Shown here piece by piece: positions 13,750 through 26,939 of a DNA stretch of 64,000 nt. Position 1 is the stretch's first letter, and every line of letters starts with the position of its first letter. The stretch is taken from the NCBI GenBank assembly GCA_013265495.1, contig MU057651.1, positions 372,001 through 436,000 on the forward strand, read 5' to 3'. Position numbers and translations under genes: made by a program. The notes beneath the pieces were generated by a model. That model worked only from the letters and a program-made list of their open reading frames with translations. It was not told where the DNA came from and did no database searches. The stretch comes from Vicugna vicugna. Taxonomy: Eukaryota.

Positions 13750-14470
13750 GCTTCCAAAGACTCAGAAAAGTTGAAAGAATTTTTCAGTGAACATTTATAT
13801 ACCCACCACACCGCCATACAGAGTTCTACAGTTTACATTTTATTGAACTTACTTTATAACACACTTTCCCATCTAAACACCCTATCTATACATTCATCAG
13901 TCTGTTGTGTTATTGTTGTAAGGCATTTCAAAATAAGTTACAGACTTTGGTACACTTCTCCCTAAACACTTCAGTATGTGTGTTATTAGCTAGAGTTCAG
14001 TAATTTTCTAAGGTTCTTTTCTTTTCTTTTAATGTAAAATTTACATATAACAAATGTAGGAATCCAGTGATACATTGGCTGGGTTTTGACATATACATAC
14101 AAGTTTATAATCCAAACTTCTGTCCAGATACAGACTAGGATCATCATAAATTTCCCTCATGCTCCTTCCCAGTCATTCCCTGCCCCCAATGCCCTTCAGA
14201 GATAACCAGTGTTCTGATATTTTTGTGCCATAGCTTAGTTCTACCTCTCCTAGAATTTCATATGATGGAATCACAAAGTACGTACTCTTTATAAAAGGGT
14301 TCTTTCACTCAGCATAATGCATTTATGGGTCATTCTTCTTATGTATCAGAAGTTCATTCCTTTTTATTTCTGAGTAGTATTTCATTGTTTGAGTACACTA
14401 CAGTTTATCCATTCTTCTATTGATGGACACCTGCCCTGTTTCTATTTTTGTTATTATGCATAAAGTTGCT
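13750..14470 (-). mobile_element. Old L1 (L1ME-like) 3' fragments
   Basis: ttctttcactcagcataatg...ttcattcctttttatttctgagtagtatttcattg...ttatccattcttctattgatggacac. Confidence 0.7.
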
Positions 14471-14935
14471 GTCATTGCTGTTTTTCTGTTAGTAAATGTT
14501 TCTCATTTGAGGAAGTACCTTAGGGTATCTCAATTGCAGGAATAAGGGTGGGGAATGTGACGGTCTTTCACACCATGGCCTGGTGAGCATTAGCTTAGTG
14601 GTCGGTGCCCCTGTGATGGATTGGGCCCTAGCCTCCTCTCCACCCAGAACAAAGGGATATCTATGCCCCTGGCTACATTTCCTCTCAACTCATAAGTTAT
14701 TCTGTTGGAGCAGGCCTGACTGTATTAAAAAATTACTTTCAATGTCTGATTTAACCTTCACAAACTCAAATCAGTCAGTTTTTCTCCTTGTCCACAGGCT
14801 CCGCCCTGACTCTGGCTTCCACTATATTTGTTGTAGACAGTTGCAGCAGGCTCCTGCAGTTGGGGGTTCCATTTCTGTTCTGGTCATCTGTGATCACAGT
14901 CACTGTGTAATAATTCTAATTTAAAAGAATTTTAA

Positions 14936-15107
14936 GGGGGGAAGGTATAGCTCAGTGGAAGAGTGCGGTGCTTAGCATGCACCAGGTCCTGGGTCCAAGC
15001 CCCCATACCTCCATTAAAAATGATAATCACAATAAATGAATAAATAAGCCTAATTACCTACCCCCAAAAAATATAAAAAATAAGAAAAGAAAGTATAGAT
15101 ATAATTT
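14936..15107 (+). mobile_element. tRNA-Ala-derived SINE, Vic-1-like
   Basis: ggggggaaggtatagctcagtggaagagtgcggtgcttagcatgcaccaggtcctggg, A-rich tail; degenerate TSD ttaaaagaattttaa / ttaaaacaatttttaa. Confidence 0.88.
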
Positions 15108-15574
15108 TTAAAACAATTTTTAATTAGCATAAACTAAAATTGACTTGGGAAGAATACAATTCTATGAATTATAACCCACAGTAGAAAAAACTTTATCCTT
15201 TAATGCAAAGCGATGCATTATCTATAGCACACTCTTCCAGACTCTCTGACTCAGGCCTGTTCATTGTCTTTGAGCAGTTCTGCAAAGAACATAATTATTT
15301 TCTAAATTGAAAATAACTGATAGATATTCAAACTCCAGCTTATCCAGTAGAGTTTTGATTGGCTTCCCTCCTTTCTGTGGAAAAACCAGTTTTGCCTTTA
15401 TTTGCAGTTCAATCCCTTCATATAAATTTGTGCTTTTTTCACTTTTCCCTTGAACCAGTTATGACATCTGCCTATATCTCTCATATAAGTAAAATAAATC
15501 TTTAACACATACTCATTTGTATATTTATTTGAGAGCCATGATTTTACCTTTTTCTGAAAATTATGTATTCTCCC

Positions 15575-16830
15575 ATTTTTTAAATTGAAATATAGTTTAC
15601 ATACCATAAAATTCATCCTTTTAAAGTATACCATACAGAGTTTTCTTTAAAATATATTTTAGTATATTTACAAAATGCAGCAATCATCACTGATTCCAGA
15701 ACATTTAACATACAATTGAGGTTCATCCAAGTTGTTGCATGTATGAATAGTTCATTTCTTTCTATCACTGAGCAGTATTCCACTGTATTAGATCTTCCCC
15801 AGTTCATTTAGCCATCACTTATTGAAGGACATTTGTGCTGTTTCCAGTTTTTGAGCTGCTATAAACATTCCTGTGCAGGGTTTTTTTCATGTCTTGTTAT
15901 TTAATACTTTATTTCCATTTTATTTTTTAACAGCCCAAATTATTTGTTATTGTTGTTGTTGGATTTTATAATCAATGGTTATTTAGACTTATACATAGAT
16001 TAATTTCTTTGTTCACTGTGGCAGGTTATACTCTTCAAAGACAGAGACAACCATATCTCCTCTCCTACATGCTCTTTTGCAGTGTGGCCTAGCCACTCCC
16101 CCATCAATTGGTAGAGTCTATTATTTCTCCCCTTGAAGCTGAGATTAGCCTTAGTGACTTGTTATCAATAGAATGTGGTTGAAGTAACACTGTCCGACCT
16201 CTGAGGCTAGGTCAGAGAAGGCCACACAGATTCCACCTGGTTCTCTTGGAGCGCTCACCCTCTGGACCCTCCTGTGGAGGGGCTGTAGCTAACTCTGGTT
16301 TCCACTAAGCAGTCTTTGCGGTATCCCAGTTCACATGCCAGGCATGTGGGTGCAGAAGCCACTAGATGCTTCCAGTCCTCAGCCCTCTGAGTCATCCCTA
16401 GCCATTCAAGACTTTCCAGCTGAGGCCCCAGACATCATAAAACAGAGACAAACCACTCTTGCTGCAGATTTCTGTGTGAACGGAAGTTCTCATTTCTCTA
16501 GGATAAATACCTAAGGGTGGGATTACTCAGTCATATGGTAAGTGAGTCTTTAACTTTATAAGAAACTATCAAACTGTTTTTGAGATTGGCTGGACAGTTT
16601 TGCATTCCCATTAATATATGAGAGTTCCAGTTGCTTGCAATCTTTGCCAGTACTTGAGAGTTTTCATCATTTTTTCTTGTAGCCTTCCTAGTAAGTGTGC
16701 AGTGATAGCTCATTGTGGTTTTAATTTGCATTTTCTAATGGAAAATGATATGGAACATTTTTTCTTGTGCTTATTTTCATATCCTTTAGTAAAATGTCTG
16801 TTCAAGATTTTTACCAATTAAGGGTTGTCT
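15575..16830 (-). mobile_element. Old L1 3' end interrupted by an MLT1 LTR
   Basis: L1 3' UTR at 15575-15885; ORF2 C-terminal remnant MQIKTTMSYHCTLTRKA at 16531-16731. Confidence 0.75.
16018..16465 (+). mobile_element. MLT1 (G/H-like) LTR
   Basis: tgtggcagg...gccttagtgacttg...aatagaatgtgg...tctgaggctaggtca...cagctgaggccccagacatcat. Confidence 0.8.
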
Positions 16831-16929
16831 TGGACTGAAATTTAAAAAAATCAAACCTGATAATATCCCATATGTCCCCTTCTCCCCAACATGACACTTA
16901 GCTCTCATTTTCCATTCATCTTTTCTTTC

Positions 16930-17470
16930 TGATGTGCATTCACTGAGTTTTGACAAATGCATGCACCTCTGGAAATGAAACCCCTATGAAATGATACAAC
17001 GTAGTCATCATGTCAAAGGGTTCCCTTGTGTCCCTTCCAGTTATTGACTGTCCCCAATCCTCCCCCTGCCAAAGAATCAGTGTTCTGATTTTTTTTCCAC
17101 CATAGATTTTGCTTGATATAAATGGAATCATACAAAATGTACTTTTTTGTGTAAGACTTTTTTAATTTAACATATTTTTGAAATTCATCCATCTTGAATG
17201 TGTCAGTAATTCCTTCCTTTTTATTGCTGAGTAGTAGTTCATTTTATGAATAGGTTACAGTTGGCTAATCCATTCTTCTATTGATGAACACTTGGTCTGT
17301 TTCCACTTTGGCCTATTATGAAGAAAGCTACTATGAACGATCATATACAAATCTTTTGCTGGAGATATATTTTAATTTCTCTTGTATAAATTCTTAATAA
17401 TTGAATTGCTGGATCATTATGTATATATACATATATATAAATTTGTAAGAAACTGACATTTCTTTTTCCA
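16930..17470 (-). mobile_element. Old L1 (L1ME-like) 3' fragment
   Basis: ataaatggaatcataca...tttttattgctgagtagtagttcatt; DPAIQLLRIYTRE remnant on the minus strand. Confidence 0.75.
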
Positions 17471-18491
17471 AATATGAAGAAATACTTCTTTCGTCCAGGA
17501 TGCCTTAGGCATCTCTGACTCATGGGCTTCCCAGGAATAGAAGTACCCTTTGTTGTGGAAATTGTGGAGGTGGAATGATTCCCACCCCCTTCCTGGATCA
17601 GAATTGATTCAAGAATATAAGTGCCTCTCCCAGCAGCTCTGCTCTCACAGCTGTCAGCCCTGGTCAGGGAGAGGCGGGGAGCTTTAATTATAATGCTTCT
17701 GACAGTTTCTGAGCACAGAGCCCAGTGCCTGCTGCACCAACAGCTGAGCTCAGCCTGAGGCTGCTGTGTTGAAAACTCACCTCTCAGTATCTGGCTCTTC
17801 TTCAGTAGGTCTGCTTAATGGTCCAAGAATTTCACGTTCCCACAAGCTCAGTGCTGGTCAGGTGCATGTTGCAGGCACATTCCAGCTTAAGAGGCTTGCA
17901 TCACTTTCCTCACATTACCACTGGGTTAGCTGCAGTGCACCATACAGCCCAGCACAGCCCAAATCACTTGAGAATGAAGTCTTTAACAAAATCTATGTTC
18001 TCAAAATGCATCACACTTGCACATACAACCACTGACAAGGTCTCCTCACGTTTCTCTGGGATCCATTTTTAGGTCTTCTGACTTCTTGCTCCCATGGCTG
18101 ATGAGAGCAGGGGCACCAAGATGCTCTGGGAGGTAAGATGCTCTTGTTTTTCCCCTTTTAAAAGCTCTTTACTTCCTCCCATAGCACTTCAGCAGTGCCT
18201 CTTTTATGACACTAAACACTTTATTCCCTGTATCATCACTGTTTGAAGTCATTTGTTACTTAATATTCTACCTTGTTCCAGAAAGGATTTGAAGTGATTT
18301 ATAAGAAAAAATCAAGTAAAAATGGATATTGTAAATGAAAAGTGGAATGAAAGAAAAATGAGGATGGGGACATAAAATGGATTCAGGAGCTCTATTTTTG
18401 TACATTTTTAGCCCTCCTTATAAATAGTGGGTACCATAAGGAAAGAACTATTTTATATGTCTTTGTATTTCTAACAAGGCCTTGCCCATTC

Positions 18492-19610
18492 TTTTTTTTT
18501 AAATAGGTTTATTGAGATATAATTCATGTACCATAAAAGTCACCCATTTAATTGTAAAATTCAATGGCTTTTAGTATATTCACAGAGTTGTGCAATCATC
18601 ACCATAATCCATTTTGGATCACCCCATAAAGAAACCCCATACCCATTTGTAACTCTAATTTCCTGCTACCCCCACACCTGGCTACCATTTATCTGTTTTC
18701 TGACTCTATGGATTTGCCTAATCTGGATATTTCATATAAATGGACACCTACAGTATGTGGACTTTTGTGTCTGGCTTTCTTCATTTATCATAATATTTTC
18801 ATAGTTCATCCAAGTTGTTACATGTATCAGTTTTTGTCTTCTTTTTGTGGCTGTATAATACTCCATTGCATGGATATAACACACTTTGTTTATCCATTCA
18901 TCTGTTGATGGGCATTTAGATTATTTCCACCTTTTTGCTATTATAAATAATGTTGCTATGAATATTTGTATACAAGCTTTTCTGTGCACATATGTTTTCA
19001 TTTCTCTTGGGTATATACTTAAGAGTGGAATTGCTGAATCATATAGTAACTCTTATGTTTAATCATTTGAAGAATTGCTAGACTGTTTTTCACAGTGACT
19101 ACACAATTTTATATTCCTATCACCAGTGCATAATGGTTCCAATTTCTCTATATTCTTGCCAATATTTTTCATTATCTGCCTTTATGATTCTTCTATCCTA
19201 GTAGGTACGAAGTAGTATCTCATTTGGTTTTGATTTGCATTTCCCTAATAACTAATGACATTAAGCATATTTTCATGTGCTTATTGGCCATTTGTATATC
19301 TTATTTGGAGATATGTCTCTCATATCCCTTACTCATTTTTTATTGGGTTATTTATTTCTTTATTTTTGAGTTGTAAGATTTCTTTATATCGCCTACATAC
19401 AAATCTCTTGTCAGCTGTATGATTTGCCAAATATTTTCTCCTGTTCCATGGGGCTTATTTTCACTTTTTTGATGGTATCATTTGAACCACAAATGTTTTT
19501 CATTTTGATGAAATCCAAGGTATCTATTTTTTTGGTCATTTCTGTTTTTGATGTGTATGTAAGAAAGTTTGCCTTAATCCAAGATCAGGGAGATTTCCCA
19601 ACCCTTTCTT
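18492..19610 (-). mobile_element. L1MB-like 3' end
   Basis: tttattgagatataattcatgtaccataaaa...ttagtatattcacagagttgtgcaa...ttttgatttgcatttccctaataactaatga. Confidence 0.88.
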
Positions 19611-20879
19611 GCATAGATTGAGCATATGCATGTTTATTTACAACAAGAACTACCATTTGTTGAGCACTTGCTCTGAGCTTGACAATATGCCATGCACTGT
19701 CAAGAGGGTATTGATGTCAGTAACAGCAACAATAATAGCTAACTTTATTGAGTTTTTATATGAATGATCTCATTTGATCCTCACAACAAATCTCTGAGGT
19801 AAATATGAATATATCTATTTTAAAGATAGAGAAACTGAAGATCAGGGACATTATCTGTATGTGATGCTTAGAATTGCTGTAGCCATCTTCCGGCCATGAA
19901 ATTAGGCATTGATGTCAAACTGTGGGGGACATAATGGAAATATAGAAAGAACTAGCTATTGATAAAATAATTAATTAAAAGCCAAATAAAAACATTAGCC
20001 ACAACATTAAAAGCTAATATTTATTGAGCACTTAACAACAATTATCTCATATACCAGTTACAATAGTCCTTTGAGGAAAAATATATGATGAGGATCCCAC
20101 TATGAGGTTCAGAAATGTTAAGTACTGTGACAAACCTTGCTGGTAACTTCCACGTTTTCTTTGCTAATAGAAACTCAATTTTTTCGCCTTCCTTTGGGTA
20201 GCCATAATTAGGGGGAGGGGGCTGAACTCTTTCCTATCCAGAGGAAGTGGATCATGATTAATTGAAGCCATTTGGTGGTCTCTTTCCCCTTGTCAGTAAT
20301 AGGTTTCTGCATGGAAATGGGACTAATCCTGGCCAATGGGACCTGGACGGAAGTCTGCAGAGGGACTTCTAGGAAAGAGTTTCATTGAGAATGAAAAGAG
20401 CAGGGTCTTCCACTTCTTCTTTGTCTTTTCCTCATTGCACGCCCTCAACACCTAATACAGAGCCTGGTGCATAGCAAAAACTCAGGAAATATTTCATGGA
20501 ATAAAATATCTTGAGTATACTGTTGTGTAGGCCAGTTTTTTGTCTTCTTTCACTTTGATCCATACAAGGATATTTTAGACCAGTAATGATTCCTGGGACT
20601 GGCTATAGATGAGCAAGTACTTTCTGGAAGTTGTTTCCTAGGATTTAAACTAGGCCAGTGACCACAGACATCACTCAAGCTCTTCTAAACTTCTGGAAAA
20701 ACTGCATAAGGATTCACATTCCCTTTGTTGTGCAGAATGAGAAAAACACAATGTTTTGCTTGGTTTAAGCAAAATTTATAGGTAACAACTTTCACTTGCC
20801 AAACTTTCTCACAATTGGAGATGATAGGTTACATCTTATATTTTTAAAATGAATTTTAAATTATATAAATAATATATAA

Positions 20880-21720
20880 ATGATTAAGCCTTACTTCCTT
20901 AACATCACTACTTTATACAAATTATTTTTATTTTGCCTGAAGTATATTCTCAATAATTCTTTCTGAGGGTTTCTGAGGGTGGTAAGTTTCCTGAGTTCGT
21001 ATATGTCCAAAACAACTTTTTTTCTCCCTCCCACTCATATAATAGTTTGGCTTAGTATTAAATTGAGGTCCAAAATTATTTTCACTCAACAGTTTGAAGA
21101 TACTGCTCCACTGCTTTCCTGCATCTTATGTTGCTAATGGAAAAAGTCTGATGTCAAAACTTATTCTTGTTCCATTGTAAGTGATCTTTATTTTATCTTT
21201 GAAACATTTTAGAATTTTCATGCTATCCTTGATGCTCTAAAATTTCACTGTGCTGTGTCTAGGTTTAGGGTTTTTTTTTTAATTACTATTCTTTTTTTTT
21301 AAATAGGTCATCCTTCTTGGCATTTACAGGGACCTTTCAATCTGAGGACTTGAGAGTTTTTTTCTCTGCTTGTTTGTTTTGCCATTTATTCCTCAAATAC
21401 TGATTCCCATCCATTTTCTCCATTTTTACTCAATGAAACTCCCTTTAGACAACCATGGGAATTTCTTGACTTGTCTATCTTTCATGCCTCTCACTTTTTC
21501 TTTACTACTTTCTATCCCTCTATCCTTTATACAATGCTCTGGGAGAATGCCTCAGCCCAGTTTTCCAGCTCACTGACTTAATGTTTGTATCCATTACAAA
21601 TCTTAGTTCAGTCCATCTATTGACATTTTAACTTTACCTATATTTTTATTTAAATGAAAAAAATTTCATATTTACCTAGTATTGTTCCATAATTACTTGT
21701 TCTTTCATAGATGTGACATC
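20880..21720 (-). mobile_element. Very old L1/HAL1 ORF1-region remnant
   Basis: tttgaagatactgctccactg...aagtctgatgtc...aatttcactgtgctgtgtctagg...ggacctttcaatctgaggact. Confidence 0.6.
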
Positions 21721-22984
21721 TTTTCTTATTATTCTGAGCTTATTATTTTATATTCATATTCTGAGGACTATTTACTTATCTAATGAATATCCTTTCATTT
21801 GTTGAGTTTATTGTCTGTATTTCATGGCATTTCTTTGTTTAAATATTTGATGGTTCTCTTATATGCTTCTCTCTGTAGTTGAGACTTTTTTAGACTGTCT
21901 GCCTCTTCTGTTTATGCAGCCTGTTTCAGAAAATAGAAGGAATATGTGTAGCTGCTGTTTTCAATCAGAGTGCGTGAAATGGAGAACATGCCATAAGAAG
22001 GGTACCTTGATGAATCTCTGTGCTTCTCTATTTCTTGTTAATACTCTCATCTGTTTGGCCATAGTCCATCACCCAAGATACCAGACTATTTCATCGTCTT
22101 AAGCTCCCATACTCATTGCTTTTACTTGAAGACAGATTCCTCTGTTATTGCCTACTGGTCCATATGGTGGGAAAAGGAATGGAGAAGAGTTGAGTTTTCT
22201 TGCTTTTCTTCCTGTGATACTGAATAGTTGCCTCTAAGACCACTTCTTGTCATAGTTTTTACCTCTTGGTGTGGAGAACTCCTGAGGTAATTTCACCATT
22301 TATAAGGATACTCTCCCATGCTCTCCATGTGTGTCCTGGGCTATGGTTTCCTTCTTTTATCAGAACCCATCTACTTTCCATTTTGTCAAGGATTCTTCTC
22401 AGTTTTTGGCCCACCAAGAGTGATTTCAAGCATGACTATGTAGTGACTCATTTTTCTGTTGTATCAGGTAGAAAAGAGCAAGTGAAGAAATTGTAAATAG
22501 CAGTGGCTCAAGGAAGGTATAAACTTACTTTTCTATTATGTAAATAAAGTTTGTAAGGAAGTTTCCCAGGACTGATATGGTTGCTCCATGATCACCAGTT
22601 TCCAGTCTATTTTGTTCTGCCATTCTCAATACCTTGCTTCCACTTCCTGTTGCAAGATGGTTGCTTGAATACAAATCATGTCATTCACACTTCAGCCAGT
22701 AGGAAGGAGAAAAGAGCAAAACAATGTGTGTGGTCCCTCCCTCTATGGATACTTCCCATAAATTGTACATGATACTTCTATATTCTGGGAGTCTGGTAAA
22801 TGTAGTTTTATACATATTGTGCAAGCTATTAGGAACTTTCATATGATATTTCATTCATTTCTCAAAACAACTTCTATGTTATCCCTGTTTGATAGGTGAA
22901 CTCCACTAATTTGCTCAGGGTCATGAAACTAATAAGCTCAGATCTGACTCCAAAGTCTACCTAATTAGGTTCTTTCCACTATAC

Positions 22985-23145
22985 CAGTGGTTCTCAATCT
23001 TAGCTATACATTAGAATCACCAGGGTAGCTGTAAAGACTACTAATGCTTGGGAACCATACCAGGTGAGTTAAATCTTAGTCAAGAGTATTTTGTAAAAGC
23101 TCCCCATTTGATTCTATTGTAAAGCTACAATTGAGCACTACTGCA
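22985..23145. mobile_element. MER5-family MITE
   Basis: cagtggttctcaatcttagctatacattagaatcacc...gattct...ttgagcactactg. Confidence 0.75.
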
Positions 23146-23369
23146 CTTTCTAACTTGTTTCTTTTTTTGCCTATATATGCTGTAAGTCCTTCCGCCCAAT
23201 ATTTTCCTGATTGCCTGATTGCTAACACTCTGCTTAAGTTTTTACTTGTCTGTGTATTTTTTTAAATATTTTAAAGAAATACAGAAAATTACTTTAGTTC
23301 ATATATGCTTCAGATTTTTAAAAAACCATTCAGAAATATATAAGACATGCAAACTGTACAGATTCTGAA

Positions 23370-24292
23370 AATTGATCTATGTAATCAATCATATAACAGA
23401 TTACAGAAGAAAAATCACATGATCAAATCAATACATACAGAAAAAGCATTTGAAAAAATTCAACAGCCATTCATGATTTAAAAAAAAACACCTCAGAAAA
23501 CTCTAGAAATATAGGAACTTGCTCAACTTGATACATTACATCTACCAACCAACCAACCAGCCAACAAAAATCCTTATAGTTAATATCACACTTAATAGTG
23601 AACGGCTAAATGCTTTCCAACTAAGATCAGGAACAAGTCAAGGATGTTTATTCTCACCACAGCTATTCAGTGTAGAACTAGAAGTTTTGCCCAGAGCAAT
23701 AAAGCAAAACATGGAATTAAAAGGCATTCTGATAGAAAAGGAATAAAATCTCTGTTTGCAGATGACATGATGATCTATGTAGACAATCCCATGATAATTA
23801 AAAAAACACTTCTGGAACCAGCAAAATTTTAAATACAATACTATTTACAATCCTGAAAAATATTTAGGTATAACTTCAACAAAATATGTACAGGACATGT
23901 GTGCTGGAAATAACTAAACACTGAGGAAAGAAATCACAGAAGATTTAAATAAATGGAGAGACATACCATACACATGGATTAGACACTCAATATAGTAAAC
24001 ATGTCAATTCTCTTCAAATTGGTATATGGGTTTAACACAATCCCTATCAAAAATCTCAGCAGGAACTTTCATAGATACAGGCAAGATTATTGTAAAATTT
24101 GTATGTAAAGGTAAAGGACTTAGAATAACCAAACAATTTTGAAAAAGAATAAGAGGTGAAGAATCAAGACTTTTCTTTTATAGCTATGGTACTCAAGACT
24201 GTTTGATATTGGAGGAAGGATAGACACATAAATCCGTGGGCTAGACTAGAGAACACAGAAGTAGACTTACAAAAATATACTCAATTGACTTA
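23370..24292 (+). mobile_element. Old L1 ORF2 reverse-transcriptase fragment
   Basis: Frameshifted remnants LNSERLNAFQLRSGTSQGCLFSPQLF and SLFADDMMIYVDNP (L1 RT FADD motif). Confidence 0.92.
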
Positions 24293-24297
24293 AAAAA

Positions 24298-25938
24298 AAC
24301 TTTTTACTGAAGTAAAATTTACAGTGTTGTGTTAGTTTCAGGTGTACAGCAAAGTGATTCACATTACTACAAGATGTTGAAAATAGTTCCCTGTGCTGTA
24401 CAGTAGGTCCTTGTTTTGATCTATTTTGTATACAGTAATGTGTATCTGTTAATCCCAAACTCCTAATTTATCCCTACCCCCTTCCCCCTTTGGTAACCAT
24501 AAGTTTTTTTTCTATGTCTGTGGGTCTATATCTGTTTTGTAAATAAGTTCATTTGTATCTTTTTTTTTAGATTCCACATATAAGTGATATCATATGATAT
24601 TTGTCTTTGTCTGCCTTACTTCAGTTAATATGATAATCACTAGGTCCATCCATGTTGCTGCAAATGACATTATTTCATTCTTTTATGGCTGAGTAATATT
24701 CCATTATATATATAAATGTCAATGGACGTTTATTATTATATATATAAATGACAGTGGCCATTTAGGTTGCTTCCATTTCTTGGCTATTATAAATTGTGCT
24801 GCTATCAACATTGGAGTGAATGTATCTTTTCAAATTAGAGTTTTCTCCAGATATATGCCCAGGAGGGGGATTGCAGGATTATTTGGTAACTCTATTTTCA
24901 GTTTTTTAAAGAAACCTGCATACTGTTCTCCACAGTGGCTGCACCAACGTACAGTCACACCAGCAGTGTAGGAGGGTTCCTTTTTCTTCATGCCCTCTCC
25001 AGCATTTATTACTTGTAAACATTTTAATGATGGCCATTCTGATTGGTGTGAGGTGATACCTCATTGTAGTTCTGATTTGCATTTCTCTAATAATTAGTAA
25101 TATTGAGCATCTTTTCATGTGCCTGATGGCCATCTAGATGTTTTCTTTGGAGAAATGTCTATTTAGGTCTTCTGCCTATTTTTTTTATTGAGTTGTTTGT
25201 TTTTTGATATTAAGCTATATGAGCAGTTTGTATATTTTGGAAATTAACCCCTTGTTGTCCACATTGTTTACAAACATTTTCTCCCATTTTGTAGGTTGCC
25301 TTTTTGTTTTGTTCATGGTTTCCTTTGCTGTGCAAAAGCTTTTAGGTCTTATTTGTTGATTTTTGTTTTTGTTTCTATTACTCTAGGAGATGGATCAAAA
25401 AAATATTGTTTCAATTTATGTCGAAGGGTGTTCTGTGTATATTTTCCTCTAGGAGTTTTATAGTATCTGGTCTTACATTTAGGTTTTTAATTCATTTAGA
25501 GTTTACTTTTGTATGTGGACTTAGAGATTGTTCTACTTTCTTTCTTTTATATGTAGCTGTTCAGTTTTCCCAGCACCACTTATTGAAAAGACTGTCTTTT
25601 CTCCTTTTGCCTCCTTTGTCATGGATTAATTGACCATAGATGTGTGGGTTTATTTCTTGGCTCTCTATTCGGTTCCATTTGATCTATATGTCTGGTTTTG
25701 TGTCAGTACCATGCTGTTTTGATTACTGTAGATTTGTAGTATAATATGAAGTCAGAGAGTGTGATTCCTCCAGCTCGATTCTTTTTTCTCAAGATTGCTT
25801 TGGATATTCAGGATCTTTTGTGAAGTTGACATTGAGAAATTTCAAAGAAAAGAAATTGAAGATGACACAAACAAATGGAAAGATATACTGTGTTCTTGGA
25901 TTGGAAGAATCAATATTGTTAAAATGACCAAACTACCC
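24298..25938 (-). mobile_element. Younger L1, 5'-truncated with a short inverted 5' segment (~25845-25938)
   Basis: Minus ORF 24906-25133 [32 protein letters not shown]...KCWRG; same 3' UTR type as 4968-5852; plus-strand [26 protein letters not shown] segment at the end. Confidence 0.9.
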
Positions 25939-25985
25939 CTTTGCTCATTTTTTTCTATTGAAGTTTTGCCTTTTTCTTATTGATA

Positions 25986-25988
<3 letters not shown>

Positions 25989-26030
<42 letters not shown>
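25989..26030. repeat. (TA)n microsatellite
   Basis: Tandem TA units seen directly. Confidence 0.97.
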
Positions 26031-26034
<4 letters not shown>

Positions 26035-26897
26035 CAGAACATTACTTCTATTTCAGTTATGTAAGATTCAAGAATCTTTTTTTCAGTCTGTTACCTATCT
26101 TTAATGTTGTGATATACTATCTTTTGCCTTCAGAAACTTTAAATTTTCATGTAATCAGACTTACCAATATTTTCCTATAAGATTTCTGCTTTTTGCATAT
26201 TGATTAAGAAGGTCTTTTTTTCCCACAAGGAGTTAAAGAAAAATCTCCTACATTTTATTCTAATAATTTTTAAGTCCCGTTCTTTATATTCAGGTCTTTA
26301 AAACACCTGGAGTTTATTTTTATGTATGGTGTAAAGTGGAGATCTAATTTAATTTTTTTCCATATGAAAGTTAATCACTCCAGTATCATCTATTGAATAT
26401 TCCATGCTTTCTTTACTCTATCCAAGTAAACAAATACCCAGACCTATATGTGCTAGACATTGTTCCAGGCATTTTGCATATAATATAGTGTTAAAAACAA
26501 ACAAAATACTACTTTTGTCATTATGAGCTTTATTTCATTAAAGCTGTTAGAATATTCCTGCCTTTGTGAAGCTTATGTTGTACTTTGGGTAGATATATAA
26601 CAAACAAAATAAATAGGTATATTATATAGTATGTTGGAAAATGATAAGTATTATAGAAAAAATAGAGCAAGGTAAAGGAAATTGGAGTGTTGGGTTGAGA
26701 GAGAAGGTTGTAACCTTAAATAGGATGATCTAGGTTGGTCTTGTTGAGAAGCTGATATTTGGGCAAAGACTTGAAAGAAGTGAGGGAGGTGGCATGTGAA
26801 TATTTGGTGGATAATAAAAGGTAATATTTAATTGATATTTGTGAATTTCACAAGCAATCCTGTTGGAGTTTTTACTAGAGTTTTTTTCATATATATA

Positions 26898-26900
<3 letters not shown>

Positions 26901-26936
<36 letters not shown>
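26901..26936. repeat. (TG)n microsatellite
   Basis: Tandem TG units seen directly. Confidence 0.97.

Positions 26937-26939
<3 letters not shown>

Noticed and set aside
14770..14924. Acceptor-like tttttctccttgtccacag within a 113-aa ORF
   Set aside because: No matching donor or recognisable protein; such motifs arise by chance.
23519..23832. Reverse-transcriptase motif (FADD) as a novel RT system
   Set aside because: Frameshifted fragment of ordinary L1 ORF2.
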